A DNA stretch of 64,000 nt from Eukaryota sp. GEM-RC1 (GCA_040285855.1 JAUFOQ010000004.1:1364001-1428000); one strand, 5' to 3'; positions 1-12,048 are shown, counted from the first letter of the stretch. The notes: a model not told the origin generated them from the sequence alone. Numbers and translations are program-made.

Positions 1-2241
1 ACTAAATTGATTGCTTTGTTGGGATCGGGGTTGATTCTGCAGGTGACTACTGAGAGAGTGATTGTTATGTCACTTGCCTCTTCTGATAGTCCATCACGTT
101 TACTTTCCAGTTGGATTCCGACTGCCAAACGTGAGATTCGACAGGTGAGCTCAAGCGGTAACTACATTGTTCTCGCACTTTCCGGTGGTGAGCTCTTCTT
201 TTGACCTTTGATGACGTCAGCAAGACTCTCGCAGAAAAAGGTTCTTCCTTTTTCGCCGTAGAAGTCTCTGCTATCTCAATGCCCTCAGATCCATTTCCCA
301 AGTATTGCATCGTTGCTGACCTTGAACAACGTTTGTCCATCCTTTCTTTATCTCCCAGGGATCCTCTGTCTGTAACGTCTGTCATGGATCTATCATATCC
401 GATTGCTGATATGACTGTCATACCAGGAAGTTTGATTGTTGCGGTTTCTGGAGGATTAGTGTTAGTTTTGAATGACGTGGATACAGTGAGTGGAAGATTT
501 CTTCAGAAGTCTTCACCTCTGCCACGTAAGCTTGCTGGTGACGTGGCACCTAGAATAAGTCGTCTGAATTCTGATCAAGTTGCTGTTTTCTCACAGGATG
601 GCTTTAGTTGGATGACTAAAAGTGATTCAAGTTGTGTATTCACTAGAGTTTTACTCCCGTCGTTACTTCTTTTGGCTCCCTTTTCTTTCCAACATGCATC
701 AGGTAACGTCATTGAGTGCGTGATTGGTATCACGTCACCCAATCAAAACCAATCACCCCAATTGATCATCAATGAGATCAAAACTACTCAATCAGGTCAA
801 GAATCAGTTTTAACAGCTGACTCATGGCAAACCATTGCAATCAATTCCAAGTACTCTCCACGTAAGCTAGTTCAACATTCCCTTGGTTGGCTTTTTGTCA
901 GTTGAGTGTGATAAGGATGTTCTGTCTCTACAGGACAGAGAGTCTGTGGATGGGCCAAATAGTAGTATATTTTTTAAATTTGAACCTCGTGATGATTTGA
1001 TGGAGGAAGTGATTGAGCCGATGGAAGCTCCACCTGGGCAGGTTTCTGATGACCTTCCTAAAAGAGTGTCATCAGTTGACGCCTATAATTCACCGATGAG
1101 CTCGTCTCTATCACCTTGGAAATCAGGTCCAAACTATTGGGCAAGTTGCCTGTCAGTCTACCACCCCGGTCTCTTCTCCTCCCCTTCAAATCTCTCTTCA
1201 GCCAAGCCTTCTTGTGTTGATCGTTGGGAAATGCCCCAAGGTCAAGGTCTCTTTGCCATCACTGAAGTCACATTTAGTAATTCCAACAAGAGCTTTGTTG
1301 CCATTGGAGGAGCCATTAAGCTTCGTTCAAGACCAAAAAGAACTTGTGAAGGCGGTTTTGTTCACTTGTTTGAAATTCAGGATGATGGTAAGTTGGCTTT
1401 TGTTCATACAACTGAATTACCTGATAGTTGTCATTGTTTATGTGGGTTTAAAGGAATGTTGTTAGCTGGATCTGGTAATAGAGTTAGGTTGTTGGCATTA
1501 GGAAGACAACGATTATTGAAAAAATGTGAATTTAAAATATTACCGAGATTAGTCGTTGGTTTGTCTGCTGTTGATGACCGAGTTTTTGTGTCTACTGTGT
1601 GTAATTCTGTATTTTATCTCAAATATCGACCGGAAAGCAACATATTTCAATTATTCGCAGAAGATCCTCTGCCACGTCACATCACGTCATCATGTGCTTT
1701 AGACCAAGACTCTATTGCTTTTGGTGATAAATTCGGTACATTCTCAGCTGTTAGAATTTCTGCTGAGGTCACCTCTGACGTGGAAGACGATCCTCTAGCT
1801 TATAAAGGATTACGTGAAGATTCAATGCATCTATCTACAAGTCCAAATTTGACTGAAAGTTTATTTAATTTTTACATTGGATCGCCAGTAACTAGTTTAT
1901 TTTCTTTAGGAAACGTTCCAGGGTCAATTATGGCGTCAGAAGTTATAGTTTGTTCTTGTTTTGATGGGTCTATCCACGTCATCAGGCCTTTTCTATCACG
2001 TGCTGATGCTATTATGATTAAGGGAGTTGAGGAGTTCTTCCAGAATCATTCAGAAAGTATAGCTCCTTTAGGAAGGAATCATTTTAGTTTTAGGTCTAGG
2101 TTTTTCCCAGTCAAGAATGTAGTTGATTTTGACCTTTGTAGATTGTTTTTAGAGCTACCCAGGGAGACTAAGGAAGCTTTCTGTGCGGAGAAAAACCTTG
2201 ATTTGGTGGAAGTTGAGCGAATTCTACAGGATTTTCTTTAA
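1..2241 (+). CDS. SF3B3: Splicing factor 3B subunit 3 (SAP130/Rse1), 5'-partial; frameshifts near 200 and 890
   Basis: Joined ORFs 7-204, 201-905 and 883-2241 carry SF3B3 motifs: IVLALSGGEL, ADLEQRLSILSLSP, KYSPRKL, WASCLSVY, LALGRQRLLKKCE, FAEDPLPRHITS, GDKFG, PLGRNHFSFRSRFFPVKNVVDFDLC (CPSF-A C-terminal region). Confidence 0.9.
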
Positions 2242-2704
2242 ATTATTTTCGTATGTTTTCGCTGAAATACAGACTTTCTACCGTTGTAACACATTTTAAT
2301 TTAATAATCACACATTATTGATATATTTGGAAAATGACTTGCTGATCATGCCACTTTTATAATATCAATTGACAATTCTGTCCTTTTAGAAAACGCATAG
2401 AGTTCGAGTTCAATTATTTAATCTAAAAATTATGAGAACTCAGTTGGCAATGCATAACCCAAATGCATTGATTGACCGCTTTAACGGAAAGAAATTTTGG
2501 TTACAATAATGTCTACATCTGCAACATTGCTATTGAAACCCTCTGAATCAAACTTTTGTTTGACTTACATGTTGGAAATTCACCTCTTCGAGTTCTACAT
2601 ACAATGCAATTTTGGCAAATAACACAGTTGTAAATATAGTTATACTACCAGATGTAATTATTGAATTGAATCGATCGACTATTTTCCATTTCCCTTGCGG
2701 AGTC

Positions 2705-5700
2705 ATGCATAAGAAGAAGCCTAAACCTCGTGGTGGATGTAACCCTGCGAAAGTTAAGTATGCGTCTTTCCGTCAGCCAGATCGTGCACTGGCTTTCATC
2801 CGTGCTGCTCTTGCAGATCCAAATCTTACCGAAATTCTCCACAATTTGCTAGAACACCAAACCACCACTCTAGACGTTCTTTTGGAAGCCCAGTTTTCTC
2901 TTTACAGCGAGAGTTCCAAAACCTCGCTGTCTGTCCAACGCATTGCTGTTGGATTTCTCAAACTACTTGATCCCAACCGTCTCAACATTGTCCCTCCCCG
3001 CGAAGTAAGCGAGTTCCTAGCTAAACTAAGTGCATCTCCTTTCATCTCCTCAGTTCTCAACCAGCTCATGCTAGCTGTTGAGGAGGGATGGCAGGAAAAG
3101 GCTGCACAACCGGAGGATTGGTGTGTCAACTCCATCTCTGAAGCACTCCTATTGGTATGCGTCACTATAGACTCTATCTACACCAACAAACCCGAAGTAG
3201 CTGGAAATCCTCAGTTTCTAAGTTGGAGGAACTTGATCAAGTTGCTTATTAGCGATTTAGAAGAGCTGGAGTCTGGATCTGAGGCTCCTTTTATAGAGGA
3301 AGTGAAACATCATTCTTCTCAGTTCAAGATCTTTTCTAATCGGTATAAAGAAATCCGATCATTAACTCATAAAGAGCAATCAATCACGCGATCAACTGCT
3401 CCTACTGATGATCCCATCTCTGATGGTCCCGGTCAATTGGGTCACGATAACGACCACGTCAACTACCGGGACATTGTCGTTCTCCCCACTTCTGGGGAGG
3501 TAGAGTTCCTTATTAATGGATCAGGAAGTGTTTGGTTACCTAGGAGTAATACGAGGTACAACTACTTTGAAAATGAAGTTGATCGTTTACTAGATAAGCA
3601 GTATAGACTACTTAGACATGAGCTTTTGTTCCCATTGACAGTGGTTTTGTCTAACCTTTCTATTGTTTTTGGTAAGGTTGAAGCCTCGGAAGACCAAAAA
3701 TCGTCTTATGATCACGTGGCAGCTCAAATTCAGAGAAGGAGTCTCTACGTTAAGAATTTGGTCTCTATTGGATCTCAAGAGTCTTTCTCAATGATTAGTG
3801 TTTATAATGCTGATATTCACACAGTATCTGGAGATATCCATCACGGAGTCGTCTTCCGTGCTTCATTTGACATCCCTTCAAGTGCTCCTAAATTACATCC
3901 TATGAAACAATTTGATAGTTGGTTAACAACCAGAGCGTCAAGACTCTTTAGTAACTCTCAAATAGGTGTTTACTATCATTCGCCCTCCAATTCCTTCTTC
4001 TTGTTCACTATTACTCGAGGTGTTGAGTTGTCTGATGGTAGACTAGTACTTGCTTGTTCGGTACCAAAGACTGAAGCTTTTCGATTTGGTAACTGTCTTA
4101 ATGCTTGTTATTCTCAACGATTGTCACCTGAAGAGTCTGGACAATTCATGTTATTTGTACCAGCGGTGTTTTTATCCAATGTTGCATCCCGTGTTGAACG
4201 GTTTACAACATTTAAACATTGATACGTTACCGTTTGCTTCAGTTTTCTCGGAGTACAATTTTGAAAATTTGACTTTTCCGGAGTATTTGAAAAATGGAAA
4301 AATTGATTTCAGTTCGATCTTAATTGATAATCAGAAACTTACGAGTCGTTGTAGAAGCTCTTCTCTTATAAAAAGAAAAAAATTAATCAAAAATGATTCC
4401 CTTTCCGTTCTTGATCCCACTCAATTAGACTCTTTGTTTCACTGTCTCTCCCACAACGTTTCTCTTATTCAAGGACCTCCTGGTACTGGGAAAAGTTTCC
4501 TAGGTGTGAAAGTTTCTTACTTTTTAACTAATCATAGGTAAGTTCATCGTCAAGTTGTTGGTTAATCAACCCCGAACTCCAAAGCCTATTCTGATTTTGT
4601 CCTACTCCAATCACGCTTTAGACTCTTTCCTACTTGATCTAATCAACGAGGGAATTGTTTCTCAAAAAGAGATCACCAAGCTCGGAAGTCATACGAAGTC
4701 TGAACAGTTAGAAGATTGTTTACTTAAACAACAGGCCAGAGCTGCTACTGGAAGAACTGGCAAGTCTACCGTTTCTAGGCTTAGAACTGAGTTAACTGAC
4801 TTAGACGTTCAAAGGATTTCCAAGTCAAGAGTCTTTATTTACGATTATAAGTACCTTCGGAAAGAACTTCTGGACTTGACTATATATAATGCAGATGTAC
4901 TCAATTCTTGTATTGCGTTCCTTGTTCATTTTATTCGTCCTCCACCAAACAAGGATGGGTTTATTCGCCCAGTTGAATACTGTCAGCATGATTACAATAC
5001 TTTTCTTAAGGGGGCGAAGAGTTATGTTTCTAAATATCATCCTGAACTTGCTTCTTTTTTTGGAGTCGAACCTGAGATGTCTAACTATGGCAGATTGCCA
5101 CCTGTCAGACCTTGTCCAAACTTTTTATTCGGTCCTAAGTGTTCCCCTCAGTGTACACGTGGCATTCACGACAGGTCTTTGTCGAGATTTAGGAAGTCAT
5201 TGTGTAAGTTTTGGATGATAGATGGGAAATGTACAAAGGGACATTCTTGTAAAAGATCGTTTTCCCACCGTCCTTATCTTCTTCCCCCTGTTCTCTTTCC
5301 AAAACGAGGCTACCCATGCCCATTCTTCTTTTGTAAAGACAATTGTAGGTATAATGAGTGTGAGTTAAGCCACGATCCTCAGTGGCACCCTTTCGAGACT
5401 TTTCTCTGCTTCCATTACCTCCAAGGACATTGCCGTAAAGGAATCCATTGTCCTGATGTATTGGGACACGACCCTGACTTATTGCCACCCTATGGTTTTT
5501 CTGCTGTGGAATCTGTTGATGAATCTAAACTTGCAGGATATTCTCACGAGTTTCATGTTGTTAATCAGTTTATTAGTAAGTATCTTGTACCTACCAATGG
5601 AGAACCCTTTATGAGATTACCAGCAGAAGTTCAAATAGCTCAATATCTAGCTATAAGAAGAGAAATTTGTCTACACAAACTTAACGAATTTGAGCACTTG

Positions 5701-8700
5701 TTTAATGAAATCTCCACAGTAAGTGAGGATTATAAGAAGGCTTATTTCCATGATAATTTAGATCTTTTGTCTAAGCAAACTATCATTGGTGCTACTACTT
5801 CAGTTGCTTGTAAGCAATTAGACTTGTTACAAGCTGTTTCAGCCAAGGTTTGTATTGTGGAAGAAGCGGGAGAAGTATTGGAAGCTCACGTCTTAACTGC
5901 CTTAAACAAGTCAATCAATCACTTGATTTTGATTGGGGATCATCAGCAGTTAAAACCTAAAATCAATCTTTACCAGTTGAAAATGGAAAGTAATAAGGGC
6001 TGGAACTTAGACATGTCATTATTTGAAAGACTTATTTCTAAGAATTTCCCTTTCTGCACTCTTTTAACTCAGTATAGAATGAGACCAGAGATTTCCAGTC
6101 TAATTAAGCCTTTCTACCCTCAATTTACCATTGAAGATGGCCCAAATGTGCACGAATATCCTCAAGTTAAAGGAATGAAGCATTCTTTAATGTTCTTCAA
6201 TCATAATCAACCTGAAGATGGAGATCATGATGACTTGTCAAGATCAAAAACCAATCAGTTTGAAGGTCAAATGGCTGTCAATTTGGCTCTTTATCTAATG
6301 CATCAAGGATATGTTGGCGAAGATATTGCTATTGTTACTCCTTATTTAGGACAAATGTTTGTACTCCGCGAAATTTTAAAATCTACCAGTATTGATATCA
6401 TTTTAAGTGAAGGAGATGCTGCTGAACTTGCTGACCTCGAAGATCAAAATGAAGCTCAAATTCCACGTCAGCAGACATCAAAGGCAGTCACTGGGCCAGC
6501 TCTTGGTCAAGTCAAGTTAGCCACAATTGACACGTTTCAAGGATTAGAAGCTACCATAGTAATTGTCTCTTTGACTAGCTATTGGATTTTTAAAATTTGA
6601 CAATAGAATTAATGTTATGTTGTCCAGAGCTAAGCATGGAATGTATGTTTTGGGTTCAAAAATTACAATTGAAAAGTATGAAGCTACAAACCTCTCTAAA
6701 CCAACTCCATCACCAGAAACTTTGATTTCTAAAGTATTTGAGGCTCAAAATTTAATATTTGATCATTTTGAAACTCTCTGCCAAACACATCAAACTTCAA
6801 CTCTGATTTACTCTAATAATGACTGGAAAAAGTTGAATCAGGTGGCTGCGATGAGCTTTGTGGAGTCCGTCGACCTTGTGGCCACCTGTGTCAAAAAGAT
6901 GTCACGTGTCTGATCGAAATCATGACGTGACTGATTGCAATGAGCCCTGTTCTCGACTTTGTCAAGATTGCGGTTCTCATTGTAGATTTAAATGTTTTCA
7001 GGAATGCCGCTGTAATTCCAAGGTGTCTATACTCCGATCATGTGGCCATTCAATTACTGTAGAATGCTGTAAGAGAAGATCTTTGCCTTTGTGTAACAAG
7101 AAGGTTTCAATTCAATTACCTTGGTGTAATCACGAATATTCAGCTCCTTGCCATGAAACACAGAGAATTCAAGAAAAACCAGGGGAATTTTTAAATATTT
7201 GTGGAGAACCATGTCATGCGGACATTGGATGTGGTCACGTTTGTAAAGATTTATGTGGAAATTGTTGTCAAAGCACTGTTAGACATTTAAGAGATCAACA
7301 ACTTGAGCCAGAATATCCACTGACACCATCAATTCATAGAAAATGCACGTCAATTTGTAACAAATATTTTAAAAATTGTGGGCACTCTTGTCGGTTACCC
7401 TGCCACCCTTCAATTCCATGTCCTCCTTGTTCAATGTCATGTGATAAGAAGTGTGGTCACGGGGTCGTCTGCAAAGAGCCCTGCGCTTCCCCCCTGTATT
7501 CCATGTACAAATCCTTGTCTTGAACAATGTACTCACAGGGGGCAGTGTCTTTTACCTTGTTCATCTCCTTGTCTGCTTCCCCCTTGTCACTTCAGGTGTA
7601 CGAAGACCTTGCGTTGTGGGTGCCAATGTCCTAGTATGTGTTCTGAGCCATGTCCTTCCGTGGCTTACTGTCAGAAGTGTGGAAGTAAAAAAAGGGAAGT
7701 TGTGGATATGATTGACTTTTTACCTTATAGCGAGGTTAACCTTGATGACAATCCCGTCATTGTTCTAGATTGTGGCCATTTCTTTACTGTTGAGTTTCTA
7801 GATGGGATGTTGCAGTTTGACATCTATTATGACCGACTAGAAGACGGATCATTTGCTTTGAAACCTTTTCCTGCAGAGCCTGATTTTTCTCGAACTAATT
7901 GTCCTAGTTGCAGGTCAAAGCTTCAGGGGATTTCCCGATATAACAGAATTTTAAAAATGGAACAATTAGTTATTTCTGCTCAGAAATACCACTTGTTTGT
8001 TAACCATCATCTTTCAATTACTATCCAACAATTTTCAAATGCTGTATATGCCCTCAATAACGGGAAAAATCCTAAAATGACTCTGCAAACTTTCTTTACC
8101 AATGTTGTTTCTTCCACTTTACAAAAGAAACTAAATGTCATTTCAATGGCTAAAGATTCTGCTTTTGCTGCTTGTTCTAAGCATGGTCTGGACAATTCTC
8201 TCATTGCTTTCCCTGGTACTTTTTCCACTACTTTGTTTGAGTTGAAGAAGGCAAGTTGCAGTGCGGAGCTTTTCTATTTAGAAGCGATTTGTTTCTGGTA
8301 TGGGAAAATCTGTGCTAACCAAACCTCTGACTTTAACAACATCATTTATTACAGAGACGTTGCTGCTAAAATTGTTTCAATTTCTTTAATTCCATTACCT
8401 GTTTGTGTTTCAAGTCCTCGGTCTGAACTCCTTCAGTCGATTCAAGAGAGATTTAGTTACGTTTTTAATACGTTGTGGCCAGAATTAGAAACAATGGCCT
8501 CGCTATTCCAACTTAAACAGTCCATTAAGGATTATTTTCATGAAGTTTTTAAGAAAATTGTCAAGTTACTTGTTGACTTAGCCAGTAGTTGTTCTACTCA
8601 TCACCTCACAAACTTTTTCAACGAGTTCTCTACTTGGAGTAGATCTAAAGAGGCCATGTTCACTGAAGAACTTGATGGATATCTCAAAGACTTGGAAAAC

Positions 8701-9013
8701 TTCTTGAACAATGAAGTGGACAAGAAAGAACTGGAATCTGTCTTTAAAGCTCTGGATGGCGAATTTTGGACATCGAGCTTCCTTCGGACACTTCTACTGT
8801 TGTCCAAATGGTCATCCTTATATCATTGGAGAGTGTGGTGGTGCAATGCAGCAATCTAATTGCCCAGAATGTGGTGAAAGAATTGGTGGTGGTGACCATG
8901 TAATCTTGTCAACAAATAGACATAGTACTCGCCAGGAGTTATTTGATCGTGCTGTTGAGGAAAATAGAAAAAGAAGAGCGGAATCCACGAATTTACCCAG
9001 TTTGAAGCGGTAA
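2705..9013 (+). CDS. ZNFX1: ZNFX1-like protein: UPF1-like SF1 helicase with inserted CCCH fingers, NF-X1 Cys-rich repeats, degenerate RING and C-terminal RZ finger; one intron and several frameshifts
   Basis: HDNDHVNYRDIVVLPT and LLDKQYRLLRHE (ZNFX1 pre-helicase motifs); Walker A IQGPPGTGKS; YSNHALDSFL; IVEEAGE; LIGDHQQLKP; SLFERL; QYRMRPEI; TIDTFQGLE; IGFLKFDNRINVMLSRAKHG; Cys-rich CGH repeats ~6850-7680; LDCGHFFT...CPSCR; CPNGHPYIIGECGGAMQQSNCPECGERIGG. First ATG taken at 2705. Confidence 0.9.
4504..4537 (+). other. 34-nt spliceosomal intron in the ZNFX1-like gene
   Basis: GTGTGA...ACTAATCATAG; removal joins GKSFL-G-KFIVKLLVNQ in frame with ORF 4555. Confidence 0.75.
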
Positions 9014-9302
9014 TTATTTCGTATATTTTAGATTTATGTTTGTACATTTTAAGAAAGCTGCAATTCTTCATCCGTGATGAATGTTCTCTTTAATAAAAAA
9101 TCTTTAATGTTTTGTATTTTTGTGAATATGATAACTATAGTAGATGAAACCACTGACGGTGTTGGACTTTTTGTGATGACTCGAAACTGTTTTGACTATT
9201 TCAGGTTCTGAATATCATTTCAACGTTTTCAGGCGAATTAAAGAAGAGATGGAGAATGGTGTTATCACTGATTCATTGTTCATGAATAGAGAATCTGCCA
9301 GA

Positions 9303-9337
9303 TACTGATGACGTGGCAGGTACTGATGACGTGGCAG
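9303..9337 (+). promoter_or_regulatory. Tandem 17-bp direct repeat TACTGATGACGTGGCAG containing a bZIP-type TGACGTGGCA site, ~50 bp upstream of the lipase ATG
   Basis: Exact copies at 9303-9319 and 9321-9337; the regulatory role is inferred from position only. Confidence 0.4.
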
Positions 9338-9388
9338 TGATGATGTGAGGAACAGAAAGTCTCAATCTGAAAACCTAGACTGCTTACT

Positions 9389-11079
9389 ATGCAAAGTTCT
9401 AATGCATGCTCTGGAGATGCTCAAAATTCCTGCAAAAACCCTGTTGTTCTAATTCCTGGTGCAGCAGGCTCAATTCTTAAAGCCCGAAGTAAATCTGATC
9501 CCACTAATGACTTCATAGTGTGGCCTCGCTTAAACAGTGCCATGTACCTCGAAAAATTCTGCTGGATCGTCCCGGAGTCCGAGCTCTCAACCTCTGTCAA
9601 TGATGTCAATGTTGATTTCGAAATCTATGTCCCAATGGATGACTTTGGTCTCTTCGCTCTCTCAGATCTAGGCAGAGGCATCTATTCTGGCGATCTACCT
9701 CGCTTCTTCCGTAAGTTCACTGGCTACTTCATCTCAATCATTGAACTTCTAGAGGAACATGGATACCAACGAGGTGTTGATCTTTTGGTTTCCCTTACGA
9801 TTGGAGAAGAAGTCTACTAGATCCTGGCAATCATTCTGCTCTTAGAAATAGAATCGAGTCAGCTTATACCGCTGCAGGAGGTCGTCCAGTGGATCTTGTG
9901 TGTCATTCAATGGGAAACCTTCTTACAAAGGCTTTTTTAGCACTCCAAAGTCCAACCTGGGTATCCAAATACGTCCGAACTTTCTTCAGTCTTGCTGCTC
10001 CGTATGTTTTCAAATTTTAAAATATTCTAACTTTAGCTGGAAAGGTGGATCTGGAGCTGTCTTTAATTCTGTTATTATTGGCTACAATGGAGGTCTGCCA
10101 ATCAATCAACGTGCTTTCCGAGGAATTCAAGTGAACAGTCCTGCTAGTTATGCCTGTCTTCCAGTTGATCTTGCTGATCCGCCTAGAATCTTCATTCAAC
10201 ATGAAACTGATGGTTGGATGGTCTTTGCACCTACCGCCAAGACTGTGTCTCCTGTTTTCCATGAAGAAATCGTCACTGAAACCACTGGAGTCATCCCCTA
10301 GAAGTTCTCTTGATGTACAATGTCAACCAGACTGTGATGAGTGTATGAAGGCTTCAGCTATCTTAAAGTGTGTGAATTGTGAAGGGAATCTGTGTAATCC
10401 ATGTTTCCGAACTACTCATAGCTCTCGCCTCTCAGCCAAGCATAAGATTGTTTGGTTTGAGAATGAAGCTGATCTCCAACAAGATTTAGAAATGAAGTCA
10501 ATTAAAGATTCTCTTACTAACATGTTTGTTACTTTACCTAATGATCAACCTAAATCTACTATTGAGATCGTAGACGACGGAGATCAGTCGTTCTTGGGAA
10601 AGTTGCTTCGGAAGCATGACTTACCTCACAGTCCTGATAGTTCATTTTGGCTTGATAAGATACGTGATGTTCAGACCTTATGGGAACAACTCACGATTGA
10701 GGGTGAGATGGATGACGTGTTGTTTAAGGTGCGTGATCAACACTTGAGGGAAGCGTCCAAGATTAGAAATTTAACACCAGTATTTACTAGTACTAGGTTT
10801 TATAACTGTTTTGGCGGACTTTTGGACACTTCTTACCATTGTGTTTATCCCAAGAAAGTCAAGGAACTTCATGAGATTTGTTCTCAGTTACCAATGTTTA
10901 TTACTCACAGAAGTGGTGATGGGACTGTGTGTGTCGCGAGTGCGTCGGATTCTGGGATGTTGCCATTAAGGAATGTTCAAATTAATAAGGTAGGGCATAT
11001 TGAGCTTCTACATCATCACGAGGTGTTAACTTTAATTGAAGAATTGATTATTAACCAAAAGATTGAGCTCGTTTATTAG
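9389..11079 (+). CDS. LCAT/PLA2G15-family phospholipase/acyltransferase with an inserted B-box zinc finger; one intron, frameshifts near 9785 and 10295
   Basis: PVVLIPGAAGSIL; (F)GFPYDWR; nucleophile DLVCHSMG (~9892-9915); LAAPWKGGS after splicing; catalytic GDGTV and GHIELL; B-box CDECMKASAILKCVNCEGNLCNPCFRTTH...KHKIV. Confidence 0.85.
10002..10036 (+). other. 35-nt spliceosomal intron in the lipase gene
   Basis: GTATGT...TTCTAACTTTAG; removal restores LAAP-WKGGS, typical of the family. Confidence 0.85.
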
Positions 11080-11436
11080 GAGATTTTCTTATTAGTTTTA
11101 ATTGTATATACTTTTTGTTATTAATGGTTTTTTTATACCAATGTGTGCAAATCTTTGGTACGCACCGATCATTTGATTTTATAAAAAGCCCAGTTATGAA
11201 TGATTTAAATGGACTTACAAATACTTCGAGTGGAGTTTCATTCACTAGTCAAACTTAGTACTAATGCAAATGGGTACGGCATCTTCGTACCTACGTACGG
11301 TACAGTACGCCTAAAATCGCCATGGGAACATTTGCGTTCCATGCTTTATACTGAATAGCTTAATATCGTGTAATATACACAACTTCTGCAAATGCATTTA
11401 TTTCACTGACTGATCATAAACAACGTTTTTTATATA

Positions 11437-12048
11437 CACCGATTGTTTCCAATTAGTCTCACTGAGACTAATACCGTACGTCGTTTTCATTTGTCACATA
11501 TCGGAATTAGTCTTACTGAGACTAATTTCTAGTGAGAGTAATTGCAAATAGTCTCACTGAGACTAATTATTTCGCAATTGTATTAGTATCACTAAATTTT
11601 TATAAACATGACATCATTTTTCTTTGAAACACTACCCCTACTTCCAAGTTACCAATCTCTTTAACAAATAAACTTTGCCCTTGATCCATCTGTGTTTCTT
11701 CATGATTTGTTGAAGACCAAAGATCAACTTATATTTATACCAAACTCCAGTATCATCTCCAAATGGATCTTTGAAGATGCTCTGAGCCTTAAAGCTCCGA
11801 ATGAAGCCATAAAAAATGATTTAGATTGGTGAGTGGGGAATCATATGGTTAAGTACAGTGTTAAGTTGATCTTATCAGTATAAAAGTTCTTCTAATTGTA
11901 AAAGCTCATTCAAGCATTTGTATTTTTCTTACATCTTTCTCGTTAAAAACAACGAAAGTTGTATTTGGGAGGTCAAAATTGAAACTCTCATATCGGAATT
12001 AGTCTCACTGAGACTATTTTCTAGTGAAACTAATTGAAACAATCGGTG
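11437..12048. mobile_element. 612-bp non-autonomous DNA transposon (MITE), Tc1/mariner-like TA target
   Basis: Left end CACCGATTGTTTCCAATTAGTCTCACT is the near-perfect inverse of right end AGTGAAACTAATTGAAACAATCGGTG; TA on both flanks (11435-36, 12049-50); multiple subterminal ATTAGTCTCACTGAGACTAAT palindromes; no transposase ORF inside. Confidence 0.75.

Noticed and set aside
2612..2704. ORF-track N-terminal extension of ZNFX1 from a TTG start (likewise 45891-45953 of the giant gene from GTG)
   Set aside because: In a eukaryotic gene the first ATG (2705; 45890, which gives a clean signal peptide) is the more plausible start.
11452..11570. Palindromic repeats with spacers resembling a CRISPR array
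   Set aside because: Only three irregularly spaced copies, eukaryotic context, no cas genes; explained as MITE subterminal repeats.
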